Below, piece after piece: positions 52,901 through 61,277 of a stretch of DNA of 64,000 nt (position 1 is its first letter; every line of letters begins with the position of its first letter). The DNA comes from Phoronis australis (Eukaryota > Animalia > Phoronida). The translations under genes and the position numbers were made by a program. Under the pieces are notes generated by a model. The model had not been told where the DNA came from. It ran no database searches and saw only the letters and a program-made list of their open reading frames with translations. The stretch is taken from positions 349,504 through 413,503 of the forward strand of contig NMRA01000384.1 of the NCBI GenBank assembly GCA_002633005.1, written 5' to 3'.

Positions 52901-55900
52901 GTTGCTGCTCCAAATCTTGAACACGAGCCTCTGCCTTTTTCCCCGACCTCTTGACCTCTGTGCTCTTGCTCTTCGCCATCTTGACCTCTGCCATTGACTT
53001 GTTGTGCTGATCTTCCAGCTCGGCATAACGTTTCTCAGCTTCCTCCAGGAGGCGCTCTAGTTGCTCAATCTCCTCTACAGTGGCAGTAAATGTCACGTAT
53101 TAAACTATACAGTGTATGCCCAAAATAACCGAGCATAACTCAGTTTCTCACTATTTCAGCTGGAGCACATTCTGGTTTCAGATTTCATTTGGTGACCTGG
53201 TTAAAATCTCAAATTGCCATGAAGTGGGTGCAAAAAACAACAAAAACTCCGTCTGGGTGATCTCGGGTATACCAGCGGAAATTTCCCAAGTTCGCCGGCT
53301 TTTCAATTTTTGACTCCTGCCAACAAGGTTTGGCAATGTCAATTTCCTGAGAGATTTGCCAGGTCATATTTTGCGAGTTGATAGTTATGCTAATCATCAG
53401 GCCATGACGTGCCAAAAGTAATCGAAACAAATTCTCGCAGCCCCCAGTCATAACAACCGAGTGCAAGTGGGGTTCCTCGCTGGTTCCCTAAGTGCTTAGC
53501 CAGCACGCAGGTATCACGCAGTGGCACGCACTTTAGCATTGGTTGATGTAACCTCAGCAGTCATTGGTTAGCTTTACAACACCGTGAAAAATAGCATATT
53601 GTGAATGATTTTTAGCCTTGCTATGCAAGTGGCGTCACAGCAACTACAAACTTCGTTTCTGCAGTGATGTTTAATAGCCGCGTACTTGAAGCACATACAT
53701 GTACAATAAACACATATCTGGACAATTTAATTGATGTCACGGTGTTATTCATACTGTATGAATACAAGACAGTATCGTAAACAAAAGTCATCGACAGTAG
53801 AAACATGTACTCCGAAAAGACGCAATCACAATTTCTAGGATTCTCATTTCCAGAACACAAATTTTAAGCACCGATTTGTCTGTACAACACACCGCATTTA
53901 CACTCAGTCCATCAGTCATGCCAGTTTGTTTGCCTAAAGCGCTGCATATTGAGATATCGACTAGCCAATCAGAAACGCCGCTGTAAAAAAATTTCCCGAG
54001 GAAAATTAAGTGATACCTGCGTGCTAGCTAATAACCACCTAGCGGCACGCAGGGAACCAGTGAGGTGGAGTTCCCCATCAACGTAGCTGGAATGATGAGT
54101 CAGGAAGGTTTATTACCAAACATGACATACCTAGACAGTCTTGACAAGGAAATGAAATCGACCACTTACTTTCGAGGTGCACTATACTCCAATGATGGAT
54201 TTTGTTTGCTTTAAATTGCCGTGAAGGCAAATTTTGGGTTCTCAATGCATGAGCTTTACGTTGAAACAAAGCAGCATACCGACTTAATTTAGAGAGTGAG
54301 AGAATTTCTGGAATATGGAATACTGGTCAAATTGGAAACGAGATTCATTTTACGCGACAGTGTCTTGTCATTGGAGATGTACGCCGAAATTTTCTGCCGA
54401 ATGGGACAGATGATGCCAAGGTAATTCGACTGTTTCAAAGCCATGATTTTTGTGCATTGAAAAGCCTGGCTATGAGCTGACATTTTATCATTGTAAAGTT
54501 GTAATTACTGTAAACTGTATTATGAGCCCAAGGTATACATACAATGAACAGTTCTGATTCTGATTACCTACTCAGTCCTCATAGTGTAAGAACCCTAAAT
54601 ATATTTATTAATTCTTGTTATTACCTTGTTCAAATCTGTTACGCGCCTCGTCCCTCTCCGCTGCCTCCACAGACAGACCATCGACGACCTCTAGTGAGCG
54701 CAAATGGAAGATGATGTACAGACGGCCATGAGGGAGATCGGACAACGGGTTGTCCACGACATTCAGCTGCACAAGGTCTTTGAGAGGCTTCAGTTTAGTC
54801 AACTCGTTCAGCTGGAGAGAAAATAGAGATAATTGCTATGGGATTTTAAGGCTATCCTTTCATTGGACATAGTATAGTGGCTTTGGAATAGGACAGATTT
54901 CAGCAGAACTCAGTCTGACCTTTGAAGCAGTTTACACCAGAGTAATTTAGGGATAAGATGACCATTTTGATACTGAGCTTAAGATTTTTTTAATTATTTC
55001 ACATCATTGTATAGCGTTGCTTTTGAAGCAGGCAGAACTCCAAAACTAAACAGAAATCCCTTCTAATTAGAATAATGAACAAGTCCAGACCATTTAAAAT
55101 TTTAATCACAGGCTGCAGTTTAATTAAATCAAAAATTAACGTTTGGTAAGAAGGTGGACGTACAACATGTTAAAATCAAAGCACGTCTTCGCATTTTGTT
55201 ATCAAATAAACACCGCATGGTACATGGTGGCTTGATGAGATTTCAGTCGGTTGCTTGAAACAAACCAAATTTCAATGCTCACCGAAGCAAGCTGATTCTT
55301 GGCAATTCTCAGCACACGCAATGCCTTCAGCCTCTTGCCCAGCCACACAGGTATGTGTTGGATGTTGTTACCCGTCAGATTCAACACCTGGAGATTAACC
55401 AGAGACTCCAGGCCCTCAATCTTGGTGAGGAGGTTGAATGAGAGGTTAAGCTCGCGGAGCCGAGTAAGGCGGTCAAGACGATCCATCTTCTCGATCACGT
55501 TGCAGCTGAGATTAAGGCTCTCCAGTCGTCGCAGAGAATCAAGGTTCTCGATATACTGTAAAATTTAATGAAAATTATATTCAGGCTTCTTTAAAATAGA
55601 ACCGTTTTCCCATGATAATAGAAAACAAACAGAATCTGTCATCTTCGGACAGGTAATTGGAGATTATGAACAGAATTACAGTCTGAGAACCAGACACCAT
55701 AATACTAATATTTTTGTTTAAATCTACCAAAATTTGATAATATAATCCATCTAGTATATTGTTGGATGTATTCTGGACACACATCGATTGATCAGCATTT
55801 TGCAGCAGACACGTTCAAGTAATTGTTAATTCTTTATGAAGATTTTGAGAAACAATGAACAATGAACAATGATAGGGATCAATAAATTATCAGAAAACAA

Positions 55901-57146
55901 AGCTGCAGCATGATTCAGAGGAACATATTAGGCAATTCCCAGATTTTTACTTATAGTTTTGAAATAAATTATTAAAATGGAAAAAAAATGTAAGTTTCAG
56001 TTTCCTAAAACAGATTTTTCTGATTTTTAAAACGGAAAACCAGTGTCTAAAAATAATTGCATTATTGCACACTTATATCTAAAATAATATCTTTTGAATA
56101 AAAATTGACACATGCTACAGTTATTCACTGGGTAGGTTTAACACTGCCCAGACCTTAACAGCATTGTTCAACAATGACAGCATGATATAACATTGTGGGA
56201 CGTTAATGTCACCGTAGAGCTCTACCTTAATTTTCTTCTCTCCTTCTTGACTGAACGACAAGTTAAGAGTTGTTATCATCTCCAGGTTGTGTTGCTTGGT
56301 AACTCGCCGAATCATGTCTTCCGTGATGTAGCGAACACCCGGTATTTTACCTGAGAAATGGAAAGTGTTCAACGTCACATTTACCACAGTTGAGTCACGT
56401 AGCTTCACTAGAAAAGTTCAAGTAGTTTTTTCTTAAAGATAAAATCGCTAATAATACCGAGTTTACCAAAAAGTTCCCAAGTCAGTGATGAAATGGATTT
56501 TGTTGTGACAGGTTTGGCTCGAGGTTGCGACAAATTTGAAAAACACAAAACAACAGGTTTGAGGTGGTGACAGATGAGTCATGAGTTCTGTATGGAAACA
56601 TTCATTGGTGTCTGCAACCAGTTCAATTTCATTTGAAATTCCTCATTATGCTTAAGTTCAACTCCTCAAGAATGCGGGCCTACCTTTTCATACAAGTATG
56701 CAAACTTAAAAATTCTCATATAGTTCGGTAAAATCTTACCAATCTCAGACAAAATAATTGCCAAATATGGTCAATTTCTTCATTTTTCAAAGTCTTTTAG
56801 CATTATTCTGAATACCAATACTACTCAAACCCCATCTGGTGCCAAGTATGGAATGAAACTTGAAATTGGTAAAGCATGCTTCCTATCATAAAAAAGAAAT
56901 GTAATGTAAGTTCACGTATCCACCATGTTGTATTCAATTGGCGATATTTACTATACAAATTTTCAGTTGATACAAAAATTAATTACAAAAATGTCAGAGA
57001 GCTAACCAAGGAATAGAGACAAGCATGAAAACAAACAAAAAGTATTTTTCCTGACGTCTCATACCAGTATCCTGTCGTCTGACTCTAGTGCCACGTTTGG
57101 CACCCAGAGAAGCGGGTTTGGCAGGTGCATTACTTCTAGGCTTCAT
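4688..57146 (-). CDS. CNTRL: Centriolin (CNTRL/CEP110) orthologue, multi-exon gene span; 3' end not found
   Basis: 34 phase-compatible GT-AG exons, 2065 aa without the duplicated copies. Recognisable centriolin segments: GVRYITEDMIRRVTKQHNL, LRRs with HIPVWLGKRLKALRVL, IIFHLRSLEVVDG, ACEKHYELEQELAFYKID, ESPYIGKARYK, IKDLERQLTEGQ, GLQDYL, CSVPEHHDLE. Match to human CNTRL is from memory, not a database search. Confidence 0.93.
5300..5965. repeat. Purine-rich low-complexity minisatellite (GAAGAAAGAGAGACAAAACTGCA-like)
   Basis: ~21-25-bp units decaying into GAA-rich sequence. Confidence 0.85.
6012..6169 (-). CDS. CNTRL: CNTRL exon 33 (QQLEVEDT...DQLK)
   Basis: tttcag/gtaagc sites; phase 2 to 1. 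Confidence 0.88.
6789..7006 (-). CDS. CNTRL: CNTRL exon 32 (QKVDLQEL...LQRR)
   Basis: tcatag/gtgagt sites; phase 0 to 2. Confidence 0.88.
7419..7514. repeat. 32-bp tandem repeat, 3 copies
   Basis: CACACAGTTCTATCACTTGGTACCTTACCATC units. Confidence 0.85.
7609..7710. mobile_element. ~100-bp Tc2-like MITE
   Basis: TIRs CAGTAAACTCGCGGGTCAACGCCC / GGGCATTGACCCACGAGTTTACGG; TA on the left flank only. Confidence 0.6.
7770..10090. repeat. Degenerate ~75-80-bp tandem array split by the 8269-9576 insertion
   Basis: Recurring TCTCAACAT...ACCAACCTTACCTGCCTCTTCCCAACATCTATACCTTA...CCAGTTCCATC in 7770-8260 and 9580-10090. Confidence 0.75.
8269..9576. mobile_element. Non-autonomous Tc1/mariner (Tc2/pogo-like) element
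   Basis: TIRs CTGTATTCCCCCTAATAACC / GGTTATTACGGTGAATACAG; TA on both flanks; subterminal ATAAGCGCCC repeats; splits a tandem array. Confidence 0.75.
10091..10366 (-). CDS. CNTRL: CNTRL exon 31 (EQEKYLGG...DMRE)
   Basis: tgccag/gtaagg sites; ELKHVLEM motif. Confidence 0.9.
11362..11862. repeat. 39-41-bp minisatellite, about 12 copies
   Basis: GACTCATCAACAGTCAGGGTGGGGACACCATAAGGTACTT units. Confidence 0.92.
14870..15098. repeat. 21-bp minisatellite, about 11 copies
   Basis: GGGCGTGAACCTAATAGAACA units. Confidence 0.93.
16900..17064 (-). CDS. CNTRL: CNTRL exon 30 (IRGASSDL...HQLQ)
   Basis: tcttag/gtacca sites; 55 codons of coiled coil; this frame is absent from the ORF track. Confidence 0.85.
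17995..18164 (+). pseudogene. THAP-domain N-terminus of the transposase, frameshifted
   Basis: MPHCCCVPGC in one frame, then RFPMDDTLRRTWL...YRVCGKHF in another: C2CH THAP signature; runs into the gap. Confidence 0.8.
18495..18720 (-). pseudogene. KolX / P2X7 C-terminal (ballast)-like ORF N-terminus
   Basis: YMFEPEY...RRGDTSWCKC; likely ATG at 18720 is out of frame with it; truncated by the gap. Confidence 0.65.
20999..21125 (-). CDS. CNTRL: CNTRL exon 29 (LDEVESRY...YEEQ)
   Basis: ttgtag/gtaaaa sites; phase 2 to 0. Confidence 0.87.
22575..22639 (-). CDS. CNTRL: CNTRL exon 28 copy B (IIIAKDAEFRTIDAKLKKSSQ)
   Basis: Needed to join phase 0 exon 27 to phase 2 exon 29. Confidence 0.75.
22815..22908. 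repeat. Palindromic mini-MITE family (also 25674-25767, 46376-46463, 63048-63102)
   Basis: ATAGATCACAGACATTT...AAATGTTTGTGATCTAT enclosing a TCTGCACGCCACCTAT/ATAGGTGGCATGCAGA hairpin. Confidence 0.65.
23117..23323 (-). CDS. CNTRL: CNTRL exon 27 copy B
   Basis: Same peptide as copy A. Confidence 0.72.
23751..24082. mobile_element. ~330-bp MITE (second copy 26604-26929 inside the duplication)
   Basis: Imperfect ~40-bp TIRs AAGCGCCAACGGGTTCTTAAATGAGTACCT / AGGTACTCGTTTAAGAACCCTTTGGTGCTT. Confidence 0.6.
24366..24570 (-). CDS. CNTRL: CNTRL exon 26 copy B
   Basis: Duplicate of 27248-27452 with intact sites. Confidence 0.72.
25434..25498 (-). CDS. CNTRL: CNTRL exon 28 copy A (IIIAKDAEFRTIDAKLKKSSH)
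   Basis: tttag/gtatgt sites; 65 nt, restores phase 2. Confidence 0.78.
25978..26184 (-). CDS. CNTRL: CNTRL exon 27 copy A (AQDTVQKY...EINK)
   Basis: aattag/gtacga sites; 69 codons. Confidence 0.83.
27248..27452 (-). CDS. CNTRL: CNTRL exon 26 copy A (EFLEGRRD...ARKH)
   Basis: taaag/gtgagt sites; phase 2 to 0; EIxCLEETIAKRRAELR. Confidence 0.83.
28971..29158 (-). CDS. CNTRL: CNTRL exon 25 (SRRRELEG...RRKR)
   Basis: gttcag/gtgaga sites; phase 0 to 2. Confidence 0.88.
29341..29412 (-). pseudogene. tRNA-derived SINE head / pseudo-tRNA
   Basis: Reverse complement TAGCTCGTCAGTAGAGCGTTTGGCTGTGAAC...GTTCAAATTC has A and B boxes; stems imperfect. Confidence 0.5.
30045..31367 (+). mobile_element. 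Degenerate non-LTR retrotransposon 3' relic (RNase H plus CCHC knuckle)
   Basis: YIPGHCGISFNVKADELA RNase H motif; RITEILTDH...CPECG...PKHLVEWHC zinc knuckle; stop codons between; N gap 30182-30558; 5' boundary uncertain. Confidence 0.7.
32475..32603 (-). CDS. CNTRL: CNTRL exon 24 (EDYVNKLQ...SELE)
   Basis: tctcag/gtagtt sites. Confidence 0.85.
32880..32981 (-). CDS. CNTRL: CNTRL exon 23 (VAAVPVTP...FVCSVPEHHDL)
   Basis: ctatag/gtactt sites; conserved CxVPEHH motif. Confidence 0.88.
33520..34152 (-). CDS. CNTRL: CNTRL exon 22, Pro/Gly/Thr-rich low-complexity region
   Basis: cttcag/gtatat sites; 211 open codons, PGFTHPSD...GASQ. Confidence 0.87.
34871..34989 (-). CDS. CNTRL: CNTRL exon 21 (GDGYEDQV...GQRM); alternative in-frame donor at 34805
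   Basis: tttcag acceptor; donors gtcagt (34871) or gtaaat (34805), both phase 0. Confidence 0.8.
35593..35700 (-). CDS. CNTRL: CNTRL exon 20 (ASQQAEID...KAPA)
   Basis: ttacag/gtaata sites; phase 1 to 1. Confidence 0.86.
36241..36370 (-). CDS. CNTRL: CNTRL exon 19 (PDPRLERM...SDRS)
   Basis: ttccag/gtcatg sites; phase 0 to 1. Confidence 0.83.
36948..37259 (-). CDS. CNTRL: CNTRL exon 18 copy B (duplicate or other allele)
   Basis: Near-identical to copy A, same splice sites. Confidence 0.7.
37704..38015 (-). CDS. CNTRL: CNTRL exon 18 copy A (LKDAQDYI...PEYR)
   Basis: tccag/gtaaga sites; 104 codons; duplicated. Confidence 0.85.
40029..40256 (-). CDS. CNTRL: CNTRL exon 17 (ESSTRVTK...ANQK)
   Basis: ctgaag/gtatga sites; 76 codons; weak acceptor. 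Confidence 0.8.
40984..41590. repeat. ~447-bp-period repeat with AAATTGCCACTAG subunits
   Basis: 40984-41140 recurs at 41431-41590. Confidence 0.7.
41876..42034 (-). CDS. CNTRL: CNTRL exon 16 (AQKDADKL...GPPK)
   Basis: tttag/gttaga sites; 53 codons. Confidence 0.85.
42385..42513 (-). CDS. CNTRL: CNTRL exon 15 (ARPNPPHQ...REKQ)
   Basis: ttgcag/gtgaat sites. Confidence 0.85.
43212..43420. repeat. ~39-bp degenerate tandem repeat next to the exon 14 donor
   Basis: Recurring GGCCCAGAGATC. Confidence 0.7.
43429..43554 (-). CDS. CNTRL: CNTRL exon 14 (RANDQLRQ...DSGE)
   Basis: ttccag/gtaagt sites. Confidence 0.87.
44118..44192 (-). CDS. CNTRL: CNTRL exon 13 (ADRREIGAK...LNEVQ)
   Basis: tatcag/gtgaga sites; 25 codons, symmetric phase 0. 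Confidence 0.75.
45475..45633 (-). CDS. CNTRL: CNTRL exon 12 (KMQELEQ...KMAA)
   Basis: ttctag/gtgagg sites; 53 codons. Confidence 0.88.
45734..45895. repeat. Dispersed ~160-bp MITE-like repeat (other copy 10611-10775)
   Basis: Shared AAATGGCGGCTTGGA...GCTGCATTCTGATTGGTCAGTT core; CCTATCGC/GCGATAGG ends in this copy. Confidence 0.6.
46621..46841 (-). CDS. CNTRL: CNTRL exon 11 (GQAAVNDE...NLRK)
   Basis: ttgcag/gtatgg sites; GLQDYL motif. Confidence 0.9.
48403..48556 (-). CDS. CNTRL: CNTRL exon 10 (PKVKAEM...IKDLERQLTE)
   Basis: cacag/gtatgg sites; conserved RIAAETQGIKDLE. Confidence 0.9.
49396..49533 (-). CDS. CNTRL: CNTRL exon 9 (VNELREEA...DHLY)
   Basis: catag/gtaagt sites; 46 codons. Confidence 0.88.
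50039..50205 (-). CDS. CNTRL: CNTRL exon 8 (AEDKLEKL...KIFT)
   Basis: tacag/gtgagt sites; phase 1 to 0. Confidence 0.9.
50470..50602. repeat. 37-bp tandem repeat, about 3.5 copies
   Basis: CATTAGGTCATCAGTCAATACAAACCTGTCCGTTTT units. Confidence 0.85.
50964..51066. mobile_element. Terminal fragment of a Tc2-like element
   Basis: GGGCGGT subrepeats ending ...GAGTACGG|TA, resembling the ends at 7609 and 8269. Confidence 0.45.
51652..51892 (-). CDS. CNTRL: CNTRL exon 7 (QQEFEGEGLIGESPYIGKARYK...EIDL)
   Basis: tgtag/gtaagc sites; open frame; not in the ORF track. Confidence 0.88.
52410..52541 (-). CDS. CNTRL: CNTRL exon 6 (LKRKTAEL...ELAFYKID...NGE)
   Basis: tttcag/gtttgt sites; conserved YELEQELAFYKID. 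Confidence 0.9.
52881..53074 (-). CDS. CNTRL: CNTRL exon 5 (EEIEQLER...KNDL)
   Basis: ctgtag/gtgaga sites; phase 1 to 0; coiled coil. Confidence 0.9.
53476..54064. mobile_element. ~590-bp TIR element, MULE-like
   Basis: TIRs CTCGCTGGTTCCCT...AGCACGCAGGTATCAC; flanking near-direct repeat GTGGGGTTC / GTGGAGTTC. Confidence 0.7.
54625..54811 (-). CDS. CNTRL: CNTRL exon 4, LRR cap (LNELTKLKPL...RFEQ)
   Basis: ctccag/gtaata sites; NPL...YIIFHLRSLEVVDG LRR cap. Confidence 0.93.
55283..55555 (-). CDS. CNTRL: CNTRL exon 3, LRR repeats (YIENLDSL...KNQLAS)
   Basis: tacag/gtgagc sites; LxxLNLSxN repeats. Confidence 0.95.
56226..56350 (-). CDS. CNTRL: CNTRL exon 2 (GKIPGVRYITED...EKKIK)
   Basis: ctcag acceptor, gtagag donor; conserved pre-LRR segment. 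Confidence 0.92.
57065..57146 (-). CDS. CNTRL: CNTRL coding exon 1 (MKPRSNAPAKPASLGAKRGTRVRRQDT)
   Basis: caccATG start; acceptor tttcag upstream at 57191; donor G|gtatga; phase 1 matches next exon. Confidence 0.75.
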
Positions 57147-59070
57147 GGTGACTGTTTTTGAAACACCAGAACAGTTATAATCTGGTCATGCTGAAACAAA
57201 ATCACAAAAATATAGAGTAAAGCTGCATTTTGCTTTTTAGCTAAAGCACAAAAATGGAGGTGAGCCTTTTAATCAGGGTCTCACAATATTCCTGACTGTA
57301 GGACTCTATTTCTGTTTCCTGCAAGAACGCCGAAATAATCAGCGACTAAAGATAACATTTCAGAGTTTATTGGGGTCGGCCAACCCTAAAATTGAAGTCG
57401 AAAATGGCACATGAATACTTTGACTTGAGTTGCTGGATAGTTTGGCAACAATTCAAGGTCAGTATCAAGGTCAGTATCTTGTGATAAATGCTTTTAAGCC
57501 CCTAAGCAATTCAGATAATAATTCAACATTAACAGTTGTGAAGTGCACCCTTAAGAATGATCCAAGTACAATGAATACAGGAATTACTTAAATCAATACA
57601 TGATACACAGCATAAATTTAGCATTTACTTGAGGTTCTGTATTTAAATCAATTGATGCATCGAAATAGAAGAGGGGTGTAGACTTTATTAATTAGTATGT
57701 CACTTCAGACGCACTATTGATAAGCTGTAACATATAAACATTCAGATAATTTTTTTCAATATTCATACAAGTGCGTTACTCTGTGATGGGGTATTGTTGT
57801 GAATCCTTGATGTAGTAATCTTAGTTTGAGAATGCAAGTTATTCAGAGTACTTACTAGTGATGTATGTAGTTAGTATTATAGATCACAGAAAACTGAAAG
57901 GACGTTGGGGCAATTTCTCTATGACTCATTTAATAAAAAAGCTTATAAATCCATCCAAAATCATGTGAGTCTGAATCCTACTCTGACCACGGCAGTTTTT
58001 TCAGACTTTGGTTGGGTTTTGTTAAACTGTGAACACACTTACTCAGTTACTGGGAGAAAACAGCATCCCTCTGAGTGCTTATGCTACCACTTTTCTAATT
58101 TACTAATCTCTTCCCATCAGGGTTGTAGACAGTTGGTTGTAAGACTCTCCTTGGCTCTGGACTGAACATGGCCAGATCGACAACAAATATGCTTTCTGAA
58201 CAGTTTTAAACTCTAAAGTCAATTTCGAATTGAAATGTACATCACAAGTTTTGGAAGGTGGACCTTAGTGTTTGAAAGTTTAGGGCGAGCAATGTATATT
58301 TTACAGTGATCAACACTGACAGGGCATTTACAGGAAGCTGAAAACAGGTACACCTAGCTAAAGCTAAGACACGTTCATCAACAACATGGACAAGCCAAGT
58401 TCAAATGTCGTCTGCTTACTTTTGTTTCTGCTTGAAAATGTACTTCTCTGTTTCAAAATTAAGCATTTAAGATGCAACTGGACACAGGTTGAAGGTCCTC
58501 CATCAAGATGTGTATTTTATAAAACGTGTGATGCTAAAATAAAAGCCAGTCGTGAAGGTGTTTTTAAAATTTCCCTCCAATTCCACTGTCCGCCATTTGT
58601 AAACATTCATCATAATAAGAAAACAGTTTTTAATCCTTGTCAAAATGTTCAAATGTACGTATTTAAGAGTAACATAATTTGTCATTTTGATCACATTTAG
58701 AGAAAAAATAATACTTTTAGAAAACAGTTTTGACTTTTCGTCGTTAAAAAAGCAATATTAGCAATAGATGTAAATGTTTTTCGCCTTTCGTGTGACCTTG
58801 ACCGACTGACATTGAACGGAAGAAAACGCACATTGAAGAATAACAATGACATCCAAGTACTGTACTATTTACCTGTGAACTTGTGCATGCATCATAGTTA
58901 TGATTTTTATTTTCATACGCGATGTACTATATATATCTTTATTGAACAAGGCCGTGAAGCTAAGTTCTCACTGTAACCAGTGTAACCAACATTGCAAACT
59001 TGAGGAGTGGGACATTGTCTGCTGCCGCTGCACAATGTCACGGTTTACTTAATAGCAAGAGACGGTGTTA

Positions 59071-59668
59071 CTCCCATGAGGCCTTTTTAGGCCGGAAGTT
59101 TTCAGGCAAATTATGCCTCACACTGATTAATTCATCAAACTTACGTTGCTATAAGTATCTTTTGCGCATAGAGGGACAATTTAGGTGACCGCCAATGTTT
59201 GTAATTCCTTCCAACAAATAGGCCTACTCCTGAAATCAAACTTTTTTCGAGGAGCCCTTTCAGTTTGCTTGAATCGGCAACTGGCCATTTTTACACGGCT
59301 TGGGCAACTGAAAGAAGAACTGCTCGAAAAAACTGGTGGTACTGTCTAGGACATTGCCATATGATCTGGAACTACTGTCTCACACTGATTAAAACATCGA
59401 AGTCATGGTACTAAACGCATCTTTTGCCTTTGCTCTTAGGAGGCCATTGATGTCTTAAACTCCTCCCAGCTCATACAAATATTGACGCAATCAAACTTTT
59501 TTTCAAACAGTCCTTCGTTCAGTTGCCCAAATCGGCAACTGGCCATTTTTGCAAGTTGCTAGCACCAGGAGACATGACGTCATCCTCCCCGGCGCGAGCA
59601 GAGTAAAAATGACCAGATAGCCTAAATACGCAATTCATACTTGTATAATTAAATGCTTTGTCTTTCAG
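59071..59668. promoter_or_regulatory. Candidate bidirectional promoter/5' UTR region of CNTRL and HDHD3
   Basis: Head-to-head genes; CRE palindrome ATGACGTCAT 59574-59583; two GGCCATTTT YY1-like motifs; RFX-like half sites GTTGCC/GGCAAC; minus-strand donor AAC|gtaagt at 59145; local CpG enrichment. Confidence 0.55.
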
Positions 59669-59669
59669 A

Positions 59670-59836
59670 ATGAGCAAAATCCGTCTGATCACGTTCGATG
59701 TTCACAAGACGCTGATCAAGGTATGTGGGTCACCTGGAGAACAGTATTCAAAGATTGCCGAGAAGCACGGCGTTACCAAGAGTGCAGCTGAACTGGACGA
59801 GATCTTCACACAAGTCTGGAACACTCACTGGGACAG
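59670..59836 (+). CDS. HDHD3: HAD-superfamily hydrolase HDHD3-like, coding exon 1
   Basis: MSKIRLITFDVHKTLIKV (HAD motif I); acceptor tttcag just before the ATG; donor AG|gtagag, phase 2. Confidence 0.9.
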
Positions 59837-61277
59837 GTAGAGTTGTTGGGGTCGCTTCATATAGACTGTGAAGGTTAAGTGGGAAAGTCCAGCTGATGCT
59901 GTTGCTGTTTATAGAATCAAGTTTTTGGCGTCTAATTACTACCACATCCCAGTTTAGTGATAATGTATGCAAATTATTTGATAATGTGTGCAAATTAATT
60001 GATTAACTAAAAGATTCATATTGATTAATTCATATTAAGAGTCACTCCACAAGAATTTGTGCGTTAATTGTTGAAGTTATATTTTGAATTGTTTTATGAA
60101 AACGGTGCCATGGGAGCGTGAAGCCAAACTTCATATTTTGCCCTAAAGTTGCCTTTTATGAAACAGACCCAAGACTTATAGTTACGCAGTAATTCATATG
60201 TTATTTTATGCAAAGTAGTCAAGAAAAGTTTTTTTCACGTATCGAATGCTGACTACTGCACACGTCAACATCAATCGCACAAATGATAATGACCCCAAAT
60301 TTGTCATATTAATGACCCAACTAGCAGATTTCATTGTCAGAATACACTGGAGTGACAGGGAATACAGAATTTTGTGCGATTGTTTTAGGTTTTAATCTGT
60401 AACTTGTTGTATGTTAACTAGTCAAAGTTTTATCAAATGCGGTTTTGTGGCTAGTGTGTTGTACCAACAATAGAAATATCAAAGTATACAGGGCTTGCAA
60501 TGTTCCTCTTTTAAGAGGATTGCCTCTTTCCGTGAGGTGGGAAATACAGGCCTTGGAATTTTTTTCTCTTTTAAGAGGATTTCCTCTTATTTGATTTCCA
60601 TTTTCCTCTTCTTTATCTCTTTTTATCAGCGCCTAGTTCAGATAAATTTTACAATACAAAAAATATTTCTATCACGCAAGCCTACTTATTTATAGAATGA
60701 TACATCACCTGGAAAATTTTCTTCTTTTTGTCATAGGTCATTCCAAGCTGTGAGAATTGCCAAGGAAATGTCACTCTGACAATGTGTTTTGTGCTGAGGG
60801 AAGAAGTAGAGTTACTGCTGTAGAACTTTTTTTTGCTTCCGTGAGGGTGGGAAATAAATGGTGAACTTGACCTCATGGAAGATATATTAAGTAATTTGCC
60901 AAGTGTGCGGGATCATATTTCATTGTTGTTGTTGGGGACCAGTTCAGTTTATGGTTTTTTTATACTGGCCCCCGTACAGTCTGCCTGAAGTTCTCGATGT
61001 GTGGTAACGGAAGTTTTGCGAAATATGAAGCAAGTTGTATTTTCCCCTTCTGTTTCTTCGTTACTGCCCTGAGGGAATCTGCCCTAAATTTGTAAGACCT
61101 CATGCTGGTTTTTCACGTGCAGGGCTATAGAGCTTATGTGAGGTTGACAACAAGATGGTGATTTTATCCCATTTTCCCTGCAGGCCCAATTGGGAAACTG
61201 GATTGCTCCCATTGAATTTGAAGTTTCTGTTGTGGAGAGCACTGTCACTGTGATCATATGGTTAACATTTCTTGCAG

